From assembly GCA_963600595.1 (NCBI GenBank), contig CAVCCB010000001.1, forward strand, positions 1 to 48,388: a stretch of 48,388 bases of DNA, in the 5' to 3' direction. The notes under the pieces were generated by a model that saw only the letters and a program-made list of their open reading frames with translations, was not told the origin of the DNA and did not search any database. Shown here piece by piece: positions 36,064-45,089 of this stretch. The number at the start of each line of letters is the position of its first letter. The stretch's first letter is position 1. A program made the translations under genes and the position numbers. This DNA is from Subdoligranulum sp. APC924/74. Its GTDB lineage: Bacteria; Bacteroidota; Bacteroidia; Bacteroidales; Bacteroidaceae.

Positions 36064-38034
36064 ATGAAACGATTCTATCAAGATGCAGCCTCGGTTCTCG
36101 CCAGGCGGATGAATCAGGCAAAGAGAATGGTGTTCGTGGGGACGATGATGCTCTCCATGCTGGTGGCAGTGGGATGCTCCTCCGACTCCGACTTTCAGAC
36201 GGACACCAACACCAACAATGGTACGAGTACCAACGGTGGCGGGTCTGGAAATAACAGTTCGGGCTCTTCCACCTCGTATGACAGCTCTATTGAAGAACTG
36301 ACGGGCTTCGACATCGCCATCGACAAGACGGCACTCTCGGAGACGGAGTCTGTCCCCACCGACGGTGATGAGGCGGAAGACTATATTGAGAACAACACCT
36401 TCTCCAATGAGGTGAGTATTGCCTTTGATGGCACCTCTGCCACCTACTCGGGAAGTGTGGACGGCGTGACGGTGAGCGTGAACGGTGCCGATGTTGTCGT
36501 CAACTCCTCGGTGAAGAACGTCTGCTATACCGTGAGCGGAACCACCAGCGACGGTTTCCTCAAGATATACAGTGACAAGAAGTTTGAACTGAAGTTGAAC
36601 GGTGTGAACATCACCAACCCTGATGGTGCTGCCATCAACATTCAAAGCAAGAAGCGTGGCTACATTGTACTTGCCGACGGCACCACCAATACCCTGACTG
36701 ATGGCACCAAGTACAGCGATGCCACTGATGACGAGGACATGAAGGCATGTTTCTTCAGCGAGGGAAAGATGCTTTTCTCGGGAAAGGGAACGCTCAATGT
36801 CTACGGCAACTGCAAGGCGGGCATCCGCAGTGATGACTATGTGTTCTTCCGCCCAGGCAACAATGTCTATGTGAATGCTACGGCAGGCAATGCCATCAAG
36901 GGCAATGACGCTATATATATAAAAGGTGGCGTGATCAATGTGGAGACTTCCGCTGCCGCCAGCAAGGGACTGAGCAGCGACGGACTCGTGCAGATTGACG
37001 GAGGCCGCACCACTGCCATTACCACTGGTACGGGAGAGTATGACTCCGACGAACAGGACGTGAGCGGATGTGCCGGCGTGAAGGCAGACAGTATCTTCGT
37101 GATGAATGGCGGAGAACTCTACTGCAAGAGTACGGGAGCCGGTGGCAAGGGCATCAGTACCGACCAGACGCTGACCGTGAACGACGGTATCATCAAGGTA
37201 ATCACCACAGGGCAGCAGTATGTCTACGGCAAACTTGACACCTCGCCCAAGGGCATTAAGAGCGACGGGGCGATGTACCTGAATGGCGGTTCCGTCATGG
37301 TGCGCTGCACGGGCGGAGAAGGCTCCGAGGGTATCGAGAGCAAGAGTACGATGGACATCACGGGTGGCACGGTCATGGCATACTGCTACGATGACGGCAT
37401 CAACTCTTCCAGTGCAATGACCATCAGCGGCGGCTATGTGTTCGCCATGGGTACCAATAACGACGGCATCGACTCCAACTCCACGCTGACCGTCAGCGGT
37501 GGCGTGGTGATTGCCTGCGGAACGACAGTTCCCGAGGCTGGCTTCGACTGCGATGAGAATACCTTCACCGTCACTGGTGGTACGATGATAGGCATCGGAG
37601 GTACCACTTCCACCCCCACGCAGAATGTCTGCACACAGCCTGTCGCCATCTTGGGCGGAAGCAGCATCTCCAACGGACAGTACATCACCGTGGCTGACAA
37701 CAGCGGCACCAACGTCCTGTCATTCAAGGTGCCTCGCGACTACACCCAGCAGGGCTACACCTTCTTGGTCAGCTCACCCAAGATGACCCAGGGCAACAGC
37801 TATGTGTTCTCCTCCGGGGCAACGGTAAGTGGCGGTACAGACTTCTGTGGCTATGTGACGGATGCCACTGTGAGCGGTGGAACGGAACAGGCAACGATGA
37901 CCCTCTCGTCCATGATTACCACTTCCAACTATAGCGGTGGCATGAATGGCGGAGGAGGCCAGCCCGGTGGTGGCGGTCAGCCCGGCGGGGGTGGTCAGCC
38001 TGGTGGCGGCGGACAGCCTGGCGGCGGCAAATAG
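36064..38034 (+). CDS. Carbohydrate-binding beta-helix lipoprotein (DUF4353/Cthe_2159-like)
   Basis: Lipobox LVAVGC followed by acidic SSDSD; repeated 'GI.S...I.GG' beta-helix coils (DGIDSN, EGIESK); Gly/Pro tail; start could be further downstream. Confidence 0.82.
   Translation: MKRFYQDAASVLARRMNQAKRMVFVGTMMLSMLVAVGCSSDSDFQTDTNTNNGTSTNGGGSGNNSSGSSTSYDSSIEELTGFDIAIDKTALSETESVPTDGDEAEDYIENNTFSNEVSIAFDGTSATYSGSVDGVTVSVNGADVVVNSSVKNVCYTVSGTTSDGFLKIYSDKKFELKLNGVNITNPDGAAINIQSKKRGYIVLADGTTNTLTDGTKYSDATDDEDMKACFFSEGKMLFSGKGTLNVYGNCKAGIRSDDYVFFRPGNNVYVNATAGNAIKGNDAIYIKGGVINVETSAAASKGLSSDGLVQIDGGRTTAITTGTGEYDSDEQDVSGCAGVKADSIFVMNGGELYCKSTGAGGKGISTDQTLTVNDGIIKVITTGQQYVYGKLDTSPKGIKSDGAMYLNGGSVMVRCTGGEGSEGIESKSTMDITGGTVMAYCYDDGINSSSAMTISGGYVFAMGTNNDGIDSNSTLTVSGGVVIACGTTVPEAGFDCDENTFTVTGGTMIGIGGTTSTPTQNVCTQPVAILGGSSISNGQYITVADNSGTNVLSFKVPRDYTQQGYTFLVSSPKMTQGNSYVFSSGATVSGGTDFCGYVTDATVSGGTEQATMTLSSMITTSNYSGGMNGGGGQPGGGGQPGGGGQPGGGGQPGGGK
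37948..38028 (+). repeat. (GGGGQP)x4 coding tandem repeat, 18-bp unit
   Basis: Four synonymously diverged units at the lipoprotein C-terminus. Confidence 0.9.
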
Positions 38035-38125
38035 AATTTTTGTTTTCATACTATAGGTTTAGAGTGTTTTATATTAGAGAGTTTTTACAGAGAGTTTTTA
38101 TGACACCTAATCAAGTTTTCAAATC

Positions 38126-38884
38126 ATGACAATGAATGCGTTAATCTCGAAGTTCCAGCCCATCTCGCTCAGCGAGATGGGTGGAATCAGACTCATGAAC
38201 AGGACAGACACCAAGTTCGTCGCCTCTCTCGACAAATTGCAGCAGTTGTTGCAGTTGGCTGGTGACGAGTACCGGGTGCAAGAGATAGACGGCAAGCGCA
38301 ACATGAACTATGCCACCGTCTACTATGACTCCAAAGACTACGCCCTCTACAATGCCCACCATGACGGTCACGCCGGACGGCAGAAGGTACGCGTTCGCTC
38401 TTATGTGGACACGCACATGAGTTTTCTGGAGGTGAAGACCAAGGACAATCACGGCAAGACCCACAAGAGCCGCATCTCTGCCGATGACGCTTCGGCTGGT
38501 GAGTTCCTGAGGCGGAACCTCCGTCTGGACCCGCAGCTCTTGGAACAGAAGATAGAGAACAGCTTCCATCGCATCACGCTCGTCAACAGGGCGAAGACCG
38601 AACGCCTCACCATCGACACCGAGCTGGCGTTCGTCAATCTCTCCACGGGCTTGCGATGCTCACTCCCCCAAGTTGCCATCATCGAACTGAAACGCGACGG
38701 TCTGCAGCCTTCGCCCATTCTCTCGATGCTCAGGCAGCTGCGCATCCATCCCAGCGGCTTCAGCAAGTATTGCATTGGTGAGGCACTGACCAATCCCTCG
38801 CTCCGCACCAACCGCATGAAACCGAGGTTGCAGCGACTCATGAAAGAGGTAGGAGGTGAGGTCGTGGAAACTGCACAAAGGTAA
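38126..38884 (+). CDS. VTC-domain (polyphosphate polymerase / CYTH-like) protein
   Basis: LMNRTDTKF, YYD, RQKVRVRSY, FLEVKTK, RLTIDT, IELK, FSKYC. Confidence 0.88.
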   Translation: MTMNALISKFQPISLSEMGGIRLMNRTDTKFVASLDKLQQLLQLAGDEYRVQEIDGKRNMNYATVYYDSKDYALYNAHHDGHAGRQKVRVRSYVDTHMSFLEVKTKDNHGKTHKSRISADDASAGEFLRRNLRLDPQLLEQKIENSFHRITLVNRAKTERLTIDTELAFVNLSTGLRCSLPQVAIIELKRDGLQPSPILSMLRQLRIHPSGFSKYCIGEALTNPSLRTNRMKPRLQRLMKEVGGEVVETAQR

Positions 38885-38917
38885 ATCAGCAAGATAACTA
38901 TTAAATCCCCAAAACAA

Positions 38918-39556
38918 ATGACCCATATATTAGACATGGCAGACTTCCTGCCGATGATAGTAAGATTCGTTTTCAACACCCTGGCGGTCTGGGTAATCAC
39001 CCATTGGCTGTATTTCCCCAAGAGCCGCCGCCGTGAATATTATTTCACCTTCATGCTCATCAGCATCAGCGTGTTCTTCCTCATCAACCTGCTGGGCGGT
39101 GCCAAGGTCAAGATAGAGTTTGCCCTCGGTCTCTTCGCCATCTTCGGCATCATCCGCTATCGCACGGAGTCGATAGCCGTGAGGGAGATGACCTATCTCT
39201 TCATGATCATCGCCCTGTCGGTGATCAACGGTTTGTCCTACAACCTCGGCTGGCTGCAACTCCTGGCGGTCAATCTGCTTTTCATCCTCCTCACCCTCGT
39301 CTTCGAGAATGTCAAGGTGAAGGGAAGCATGGCGGTGAAGATGGTGCAGTATGACCGCATCGAACTGATCAAGCCCGAACGCCGGGAAGAACTGATTGCT
39401 GACCTCAGGGAGCGAACGGGACTCGATGTCGTGAGGGTGGAGATCGGAGGCATCGACTTCCTTCGCGACATGAGCGTCATCAAGGTCTATTATTTCTCCG
39501 ATGACCATAGCTCCGTTGACGCACAGGTGAAAATAAGGCAGGAGGAATACATTTGA
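38918..39556 (+). CDS. DUF4956-family membrane protein
   Basis: ALGLFAIFGIIRYRT, REMTYLF, C-terminal soluble domain ending in IDFLRD; usual VTC neighbour. Confidence 0.85.
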   Translation: MTHILDMADFLPMIVRFVFNTLAVWVITHWLYFPKSRRREYYFTFMLISISVFFLINLLGGAKVKIEFALGLFAIFGIIRYRTESIAVREMTYLFMIIALSVINGLSYNLGWLQLLAVNLLFILLTLVFENVKVKGSMAVKMVQYDRIELIKPERREELIADLRERTGLDVVRVEIGGIDFLRDMSVIKVYYFSDDHSSVDAQVKIRQEEYI

Positions 39557-39593
39557 TAATTAATAATTGATAATTAATAATGAATAATTAATA

Positions 39594-40337
39594 ATGAGGA
39601 TGAGGATATTTATTGCCGTCGTATTGATGGCATTGGCGGGGACGGTGCAGAAGGCAAGGGCACAGTCCGACTTCGGTGTCTGGCTGGATGCCGGGGTGGA
39701 GAAGAAACTCGACAAACACTGGACGCTGGAGGGCGAACTGGGGACAAGAACCCGCAACGACTCCAAGGAAATAGACCGATACAGTGCAGGCATCGGAGCG
39801 GACTACAAGTTGAACAAGTACCTGAAGTTCTCTGCCGGATACAATTTGCTCTACGACCACCGGGGCGGTACGCAGACTTACCATAAGGACGGAAGCGTAA
39901 ACAAGATAACGCCCTCTTACTGGTGGCTCCGCCACCGCTTCCTCCTCGGGGCGACGGGCAGCTACAGCTTCGGCAACCTGGGACTCTCGCTCCGCGAGAT
40001 GTACCAGTATACTTACCGTCCCAAGGCAACTGGCAAGAAGTATGACACCGACACAGAGGAGTGGGAAGACGTGAAGAGCAAGAGCCAGCACCTGCTGCGC
40101 TCGCGGCTGATGTTGAACTGCCGCTGGAAGCACACGCCCCTGACTCCCTTCGGCAGCGTGGAGCTGTATCATGGCGAGGGTGGGCTCCAGAAGGTGCGCT
40201 ACACCGTAGGCTCCAACATCCAGCTCGCCAAGCACCACAGCCTGAAACTCTACTACCGTTACCAGAACCTGCGGACCGATGATGACGATGATTACGACAC
40301 GCATGTGCTGGGAATCGGATATTCTTTTAAGTTCTAA
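39594..40337 (+). CDS. DUF2490-like outer-membrane beta-barrel
   Basis: Signal peptide, DFGVW, RHR, LRSRL, RYTVG, terminal HVLGIGYSFKF. Confidence 0.82.
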   Translation: MRMRIFIAVVLMALAGTVQKARAQSDFGVWLDAGVEKKLDKHWTLEGELGTRTRNDSKEIDRYSAGIGADYKLNKYLKFSAGYNLLYDHRGGTQTYHKDGSVNKITPSYWWLRHRFLLGATGSYSFGNLGLSLREMYQYTYRPKATGKKYDTDTEEWEDVKSKSQHLLRSRLMLNCRWKHTPLTPFGSVELYHGEGGLQKVRYTVGSNIQLAKHHSLKLYYRYQNLRTDDDDDYDTHVLGIGYSFKF

Positions 40338-40406
40338 CACAATAAAACGCCAACTTTAACGTTATCTATTATATTGAACGATATTAACATTACATATAGA
40401 CATCTT

Positions 40407-41696
40407 ATGGTGACAGGGCAGAAGAGAATGGAGGTGATTCTTTACTTGGTGCTGTGGGCGATACTGTTCGCAGCACCGGTGGTAAGTGTTCTCGTGGGTG
40501 ATGTGTTCTTCTCTTCTGCCACTGATGCTGCTACTACTTCAGACCAAGCCTCTTCCATCGACTGGAACGGCGTATTCAATGCCTGGGGATTGCTGGCGAT
40601 GTTTTGTGTCACCTTCTTCCTCCACAATTTCCTGATAGCCCCGTTGCTGGTCTACGGCAACCGCAAGTGGGCTTACGGCATCTCCGTGGCAGTGTTGCTT
40701 GTGGCATTCTTTGCCTACCAGCTCGCCTGCCGCCCCCATCACCCAGAGGCAAGACCCAATGGTGCCCCCAAGCCGAAGATGGAGAGGACGGAGGAGGACA
40801 TGAAGAACCCGGTCATGGCGCATGAGCTTCCTGACAACACCCCAGGACTTCGACCTGCGGGCGGTCCCGGTGAGCCGTTTGCCGGGGAATATGGAACACC
40901 GCCTTCCGAAGGTGAGGGACCTCGCAAGCCTCCACAGCCTCGTGGCGAGGAAGGCGAAGACTCTCATAGGAAAGAGATGGAGCCGCCCCGCGTCTTCGGG
41001 GGGCAAGACTCCGTGGCGTTCATCATCATGGCGTTGCTCCTGGGACTGAATGTCTGCACCAAGTATTTCTTCAAGTCGCTCGATGACAAGAAGAAGTTCA
41101 AGGAACTGGAGCGCGAGAACCTCAACCGTCAGTTGGAGTATCTGAAATACCAGATCAACCCCCACTTCTTCATGAATACGCTCAACAACATCCATGCCCT
41201 CGTCGACATCGACCCCGAGCAGGCGAAGCACACCATAGAGGTGCTCTCCAAACTGATGCGCTACGCTCTCTACGAGGGCAACAAGACCATGGCGCCCTTG
41301 CAGAAGGAACTCGACTTCATCGGTCATTATATGGACCTGATGAAGATACGCTACACCGACAAGGTGCGCATCACGCTGTCGCTTCCGCCTGCCGTGCCCG
41401 ACGTGCAGGTGCCCTCGCTCCTCTTCACCACCTTCGTGGAGAATGCCTTCAAGCACGGCGTGAGCTACCAGAGAGAGTCGTTCATCGAGGTGAGCGTCAG
41501 CGTGGACGAGGCTACACAGGAGATAGACTTCTGCTGTTGCAACAGTCGCATTCCTGCCACGGAGGACAAGCATGGGGGCGTGGGATTGCAGAATGCCAAG
41601 AAACGGCTCCAGCTTATCTATGGGGACGAGTATGAATTGAATGTCATCTCCAACGAGGAGGAGTATAGGCTGCTGTTGAGGTTGCCGTGCAGATAA
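40407..41696 (+). CDS. LytS/YehU-type sensor histidine kinase
   Basis: 4 TM segments with a Pro-rich loop, LKYQINPHFFMNTLNNI, FVENAFKHG, GGVGLQN. Confidence 0.92.
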   Translation: MVTGQKRMEVILYLVLWAILFAAPVVSVLVGDVFFSSATDAATTSDQASSIDWNGVFNAWGLLAMFCVTFFLHNFLIAPLLVYGNRKWAYGISVAVLLVAFFAYQLACRPHHPEARPNGAPKPKMERTEEDMKNPVMAHELPDNTPGLRPAGGPGEPFAGEYGTPPSEGEGPRKPPQPRGEEGEDSHRKEMEPPRVFGGQDSVAFIIMALLLGLNVCTKYFFKSLDDKKKFKELERENLNRQLEYLKYQINPHFFMNTLNNIHALVDIDPEQAKHTIEVLSKLMRYALYEGNKTMAPLQKELDFIGHYMDLMKIRYTDKVRITLSLPPAVPDVQVPSLLFTTFVENAFKHGVSYQRESFIEVSVSVDEATQEIDFCCCNSRIPATEDKHGGVGLQNAKKRLQLIYGDEYELNVISNEEEYRLLLRLPCR

Positions 41697-41746
41697 TGTT
41701 GAATGTTGAGTGTTGAATGAGGCTTGCGCCATAAACTACAGAAGAT

Positions 41747-42469
41747 ATGATCAGAGTATTAGCGATAGATGATGAGCCGCTGGCATTGCGCCAGTTGGCG
41801 GCATACTTGGAGAAAGTGCCTTTCTTTGAGTTGGTGGACAGTTGCCAGAGTGCCATTGAGGCGATGGGTGTGCTGGACAGGGAAGAGGTGGATGCTATCT
41901 TCATCGACATCAACATGCCCGACCTTAACGGACTTGACTTCGTGCGCTCGCTGACCCATCCGCCCCTTGTGGTCTTCACCACTGCCTACCAGGAATATGC
42001 CGTGGAGGGCTACAAGGTGGATGCCATCGACTACCTCCTCAAGCCCTTCGGCATGGGCGATGTGCTGAGGGCTGCCGACAAGGTGAAGCGACAGTTTGAC
42101 CTGCTCCATACCGCCAGTCTCTCACCCCTTGACGAGGATGAGGCGCTGTTCCTGAAGACAGAATACAAGGTGGTGCGCATCTTGATTCGCGACATCTGTT
42201 TCGTGGAGGGAATGTCGGAGTACCTGCGCATACACCTTGACGGTCACGACAAGCCCACGGTGGTATTGCTCAGCATGAAGAAGATGGAGGAACGGCTCGC
42301 CACGCACGACTTCATGCGTGTGCATAAGTCGTACATCATCAACCTGCACCACATTGCGGAGATTAACCGTAGCAAAGTGGTGCTCGACGATGGTCGTGAG
42401 GTGCCTATCGGAGAGAGTTATCGCGACAGGCTCAACGACTATGTGAATAAGAAATTCTTGGGGAAATAG
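41747..42469 (+). CDS. LytTR-family response regulator
   Basis: IDDEPLA, FIDINMP, FTTAY, DYLLKP, FMRVHKSYIIN. Confidence 0.94.
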   Translation: MIRVLAIDDEPLALRQLAAYLEKVPFFELVDSCQSAIEAMGVLDREEVDAIFIDINMPDLNGLDFVRSLTHPPLVVFTTAYQEYAVEGYKVDAIDYLLKPFGMGDVLRAADKVKRQFDLLHTASLSPLDEDEALFLKTEYKVVRILIRDICFVEGMSEYLRIHLDGHDKPTVVLLSMKKMEERLATHDFMRVHKSYIINLHHIAEINRSKVVLDDGREVPIGESYRDRLNDYVNKKFLGK

Positions 42470-42472
42470 GAG

Positions 42473-42496
42473 AAGGCGGAATGTTTATTCCGCCTT
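42473..42496. terminator. Hairpin terminator between convergent genes
   Basis: AAGGCGGAAT (42473-42482) / ATTCCGCCTT (42487-42496). Confidence 0.7.
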
Positions 42497-43384
42497 TGTC
42501 TTTTTATCGGCAAGATACATGCCTGCCAGGATGCAGGCGGCACCGGCGAGAAAGTAGGGCGTGATTTTCTCGCCCAGCACCCACGATGCGAAAATCATGG
42601 TGGTGATGGGGTTGAAGTAGACCCAGTTGGTGGCTTTCACCGCTCCCAATTTGGCGATGCACCAGTTCCAGGTGAGGAAGCACACCATCGAGGCAAGGCA
42701 TCCCAGGAACAACAGGTTGCCGATGACCTGTGGCTTTGTGAAGACTTCCATGGAGGGTAGCCCGGGCACGAAGAGATAGTAGGGCAGGATGGTGAGTACG
42801 CCATAGAAGAACACTTTGCGTGTGATGAAGGCGGCACTGTAGCTGCCCGATACCGACTTCATCAGCAGGGAGTATACCGCCCAGCATATACAGGCGGTGA
42901 ACGCCAGGGCATCGCCCACGGGAGAGAGGTGCAGCACGAACTGGCCGTTCAGTACCACAATCACCATGCCCAGGAAGGCAAGGAGCGAACCGAGGAGCTG
43001 AATGTTGTTGATGCGGGAAGACTTGTATACGAGGCGTACCAGCAGGGTGGCGAAGAGCGGGCAGGAGCATACGATGAGCGAGGTGTTGGTAGTGGTGGTG
43101 AAATTCATCGACTCGTTCTCGCTCAGGAAATAGAGCGAGCCGCCCGTAATGCCGAGCAATGCCATCTTCACTTCGTCCTTCCATGTGGCGGCGAAGAGCC
43201 GACGGTGGTTGAAGATGACCATCAGTACATAAGCCACGATGAAGCGCAGGGTGAATATCTGCGCCGGGGAGAGTCCGTTCAGCATCAGCACCTTGGTGGA
43301 GACGAACGTGGTGCCCCATATAGCCACCGTGATAAATGCTACCAGATGATAAAGAAGTTGGGTGTTGCTTGTCTTGTGATCCAT
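42485..43384 (-). CDS. EamA/DMT-family transporter
   Basis: IWGTTFVSTK, two EamA repeats, 10 TM, LGEKIT; promoter motif at 43410-43417. Confidence 0.92.
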   Translation of the reverse strand: MDHKTSNTQLLYHLVAFITVAIWGTTFVSTKVLMLNGLSPAQIFTLRFIVAYVLMVIFNHRRLFAATWKDEVKMALLGITGGSLYFLSENESMNFTTTTNTSLIVCSCPLFATLLVRLVYKSSRINNIQLLGSLLAFLGMVIVVLNGQFVLHLSPVGDALAFTACICWAVYSLLMKSVSGSYSAAFITRKVFFYGVLTILPYYLFVPGLPSMEVFTKPQVIGNLLFLGCLASMVCFLTWNWCIAKLGAVKATNWVYFNPITTMIFASWVLGEKITPYFLAGAACILAGMYLADKKTKAE

Positions 43385-43471
43385 GCCTTTGTAGTTCTTT
43401 TTTTGTATGCAAAAGTAAGATTTTTCAGCGGAATATGCAAGTATATTGTCGCTTTTTGTTACTTTTGCATC

Positions 43472-45088
43472 ATGATACTACATTCTTTTAAGCATATACC
43501 CGACTATTGTCCCCTTCCCGAAAGGATGAACAATCCCTTCGGTTACGAACCTCATCCCCTCTGTGTCCTCGCTTGCGAGGAGCTCCAGGCTCTGCTTGCG
43601 AAGCGGGAGGAATGGAGGGAGGAAATCGACAGGGGCAAGATGTTCGGCGTTCTCATTGTCAGCAAGGAAGGCGAAACGGGCTATCTCGCAGCTTATAGCG
43701 GACAGATAGGAGGAAGAAGCGACTGGGACGGCTTTGTGCCCGCCGTCTTCGACTACCTTCAGCCCGCCGGCTATTTCAAGACCCACGAGGCGGAAATTAC
43801 CCGTATCAACCACTCCATCAGCCAAATGGAGAAAGACCCATGGATGAAGAAAGCACAGACAGAGATTGTCGCCTTGCAACAGAGTCGCCAACAAGCCATC
43901 GCCCTGCACCAGACCAAGATGAAGGAAGCGAAAGCCAAACGCGATATGAGGCGCAGCGAGGGTCCGCTCACCGACGAGGAAGAAAAGGCGATGACCAAGG
44001 AAAGCCAGTTTATGAAAGCCGAGCTGAGGAGAATCAAGAAAACACTTGCCGAAAAGACCGCCATAGAGAGGGTATACGATGAAAGGACGGCGGAAATCGC
44101 CCGACTGAGACGAATGCGGAAAGAACTGTCAGACAGTTTGCAACAATGGCTGTTCTCGCAATTCCGCATGTTGAACGCCGATGGCGAGAGCCGTGACCTT
44201 CTGGAGATTTTCCGTGATACCGCTGCCAAGATTCCCCCTGCCGGCAGTGGGGAATGTTGCGAACCCAAGCTCTTGCAGTATGCCTACGAGCATGGCTACA
44301 AGCCCTTGCAGATGGCAATGTTCTGGTGGGGGGAGAGCCCAAGGGAGGAAATTCGTCATCACCTCTGCTTCTATCCTGCGTGCAACGGCAAGTGCAAGCC
44401 TATCCTGGAATGGATGCTGCCCGAGGCCGTCAGGGAGGGCGTGGGCATTTGTGGGGATGCGGAGAGTCGGGTAGAGACGCTCTATGAGGATGCTGAGATT
44501 GTGGTTGTATGCAAACCTTCCGGTATGCTCTCCGTGCCTGGGAAGGGCTGCGGCGAGTCGGTCTATTCTGTCATGAGGAGGCGTTACCCCAGTGCGACGG
44601 GACCCCTTATCGTGCATCGCCTTGACATGGCGACCAGCGGTGTGATGGTCATTGCCAAGACGGAGTTTGCCTACCACCGCTTGCAGGAGCAGTTTGCCAC
44701 TCACAGGGTGAGGAAACGCTATGTCGCCATCGTCTGCGGTACGGATTTCCCTCTGAGGGGAACCGTCCGCCTTCCGCTGATGCCCGACTACCTGGACCGT
44801 CCGCGCCAGGTGGTGAGCCACGACCATGGCAAGGAGGCTGTTACGGAATACGAGGTGTTGGAGGAGAAAGACGGCCGTCGTCGTCTCGCCCTCTGGCCGA
44901 AGACCGGCCGCACCCACCAACTGCGTGTGCATTGCGCCCATCGGGAGGGCTTGCGCGCCCCCATCCTCGGTGACCCGCTCTATGGAAATGAAAAAGCTGA
45001 CCGCCTCTACTTGCATGCGGAGGCAATCAGCTTTCAGCACCCCCTGACGGGGGAAATGATGAATATGGAAAGGATTTCCAAGTTCTGA
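43472..45088 (+). CDS. rluA: RluA-family pseudouridine synthase, long form with N-terminal extension
   Basis: KPSGMLSVPG, VHRLDMATSG (catalytic Asp), TGRTHQLRVH, GDPLYG, LHA; N-terminal GKMFGVL and GECCEPKLL domains; start follows the TACTTTTG promoter at 43460-43467. Confidence 0.9.
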   Translation: MILHSFKHIPDYCPLPERMNNPFGYEPHPLCVLACEELQALLAKREEWREEIDRGKMFGVLIVSKEGETGYLAAYSGQIGGRSDWDGFVPAVFDYLQPAGYFKTHEAEITRINHSISQMEKDPWMKKAQTEIVALQQSRQQAIALHQTKMKEAKAKRDMRRSEGPLTDEEEKAMTKESQFMKAELRRIKKTLAEKTAIERVYDERTAEIARLRRMRKELSDSLQQWLFSQFRMLNADGESRDLLEIFRDTAAKIPPAGSGECCEPKLLQYAYEHGYKPLQMAMFWWGESPREEIRHHLCFYPACNGKCKPILEWMLPEAVREGVGICGDAESRVETLYEDAEIVVVCKPSGMLSVPGKGCGESVYSVMRRRYPSATGPLIVHRLDMATSGVMVIAKTEFAYHRLQEQFATHRVRKRYVAIVCGTDFPLRGTVRLPLMPDYLDRPRQVVSHDHGKEAVTEYEVLEEKDGRRRLALWPKTGRTHQLRVHCAHREGLRAPILGDPLYGNEKADRLYLHAEAISFQHPLTGEMMNMERISKF

Positions 45089-45089
45089 T

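Noticed and set aside
40539..41732. 397-aa minus-strand ORF
   Set aside because: Antisense to the histidine kinase; no recognisable motifs
42929..43471. Apparent 181-aa N-terminal extension of RluA
   Set aside because: Overlaps the EamA gene on the opposite strand and lies upstream of the promoter motif at 43460-43467
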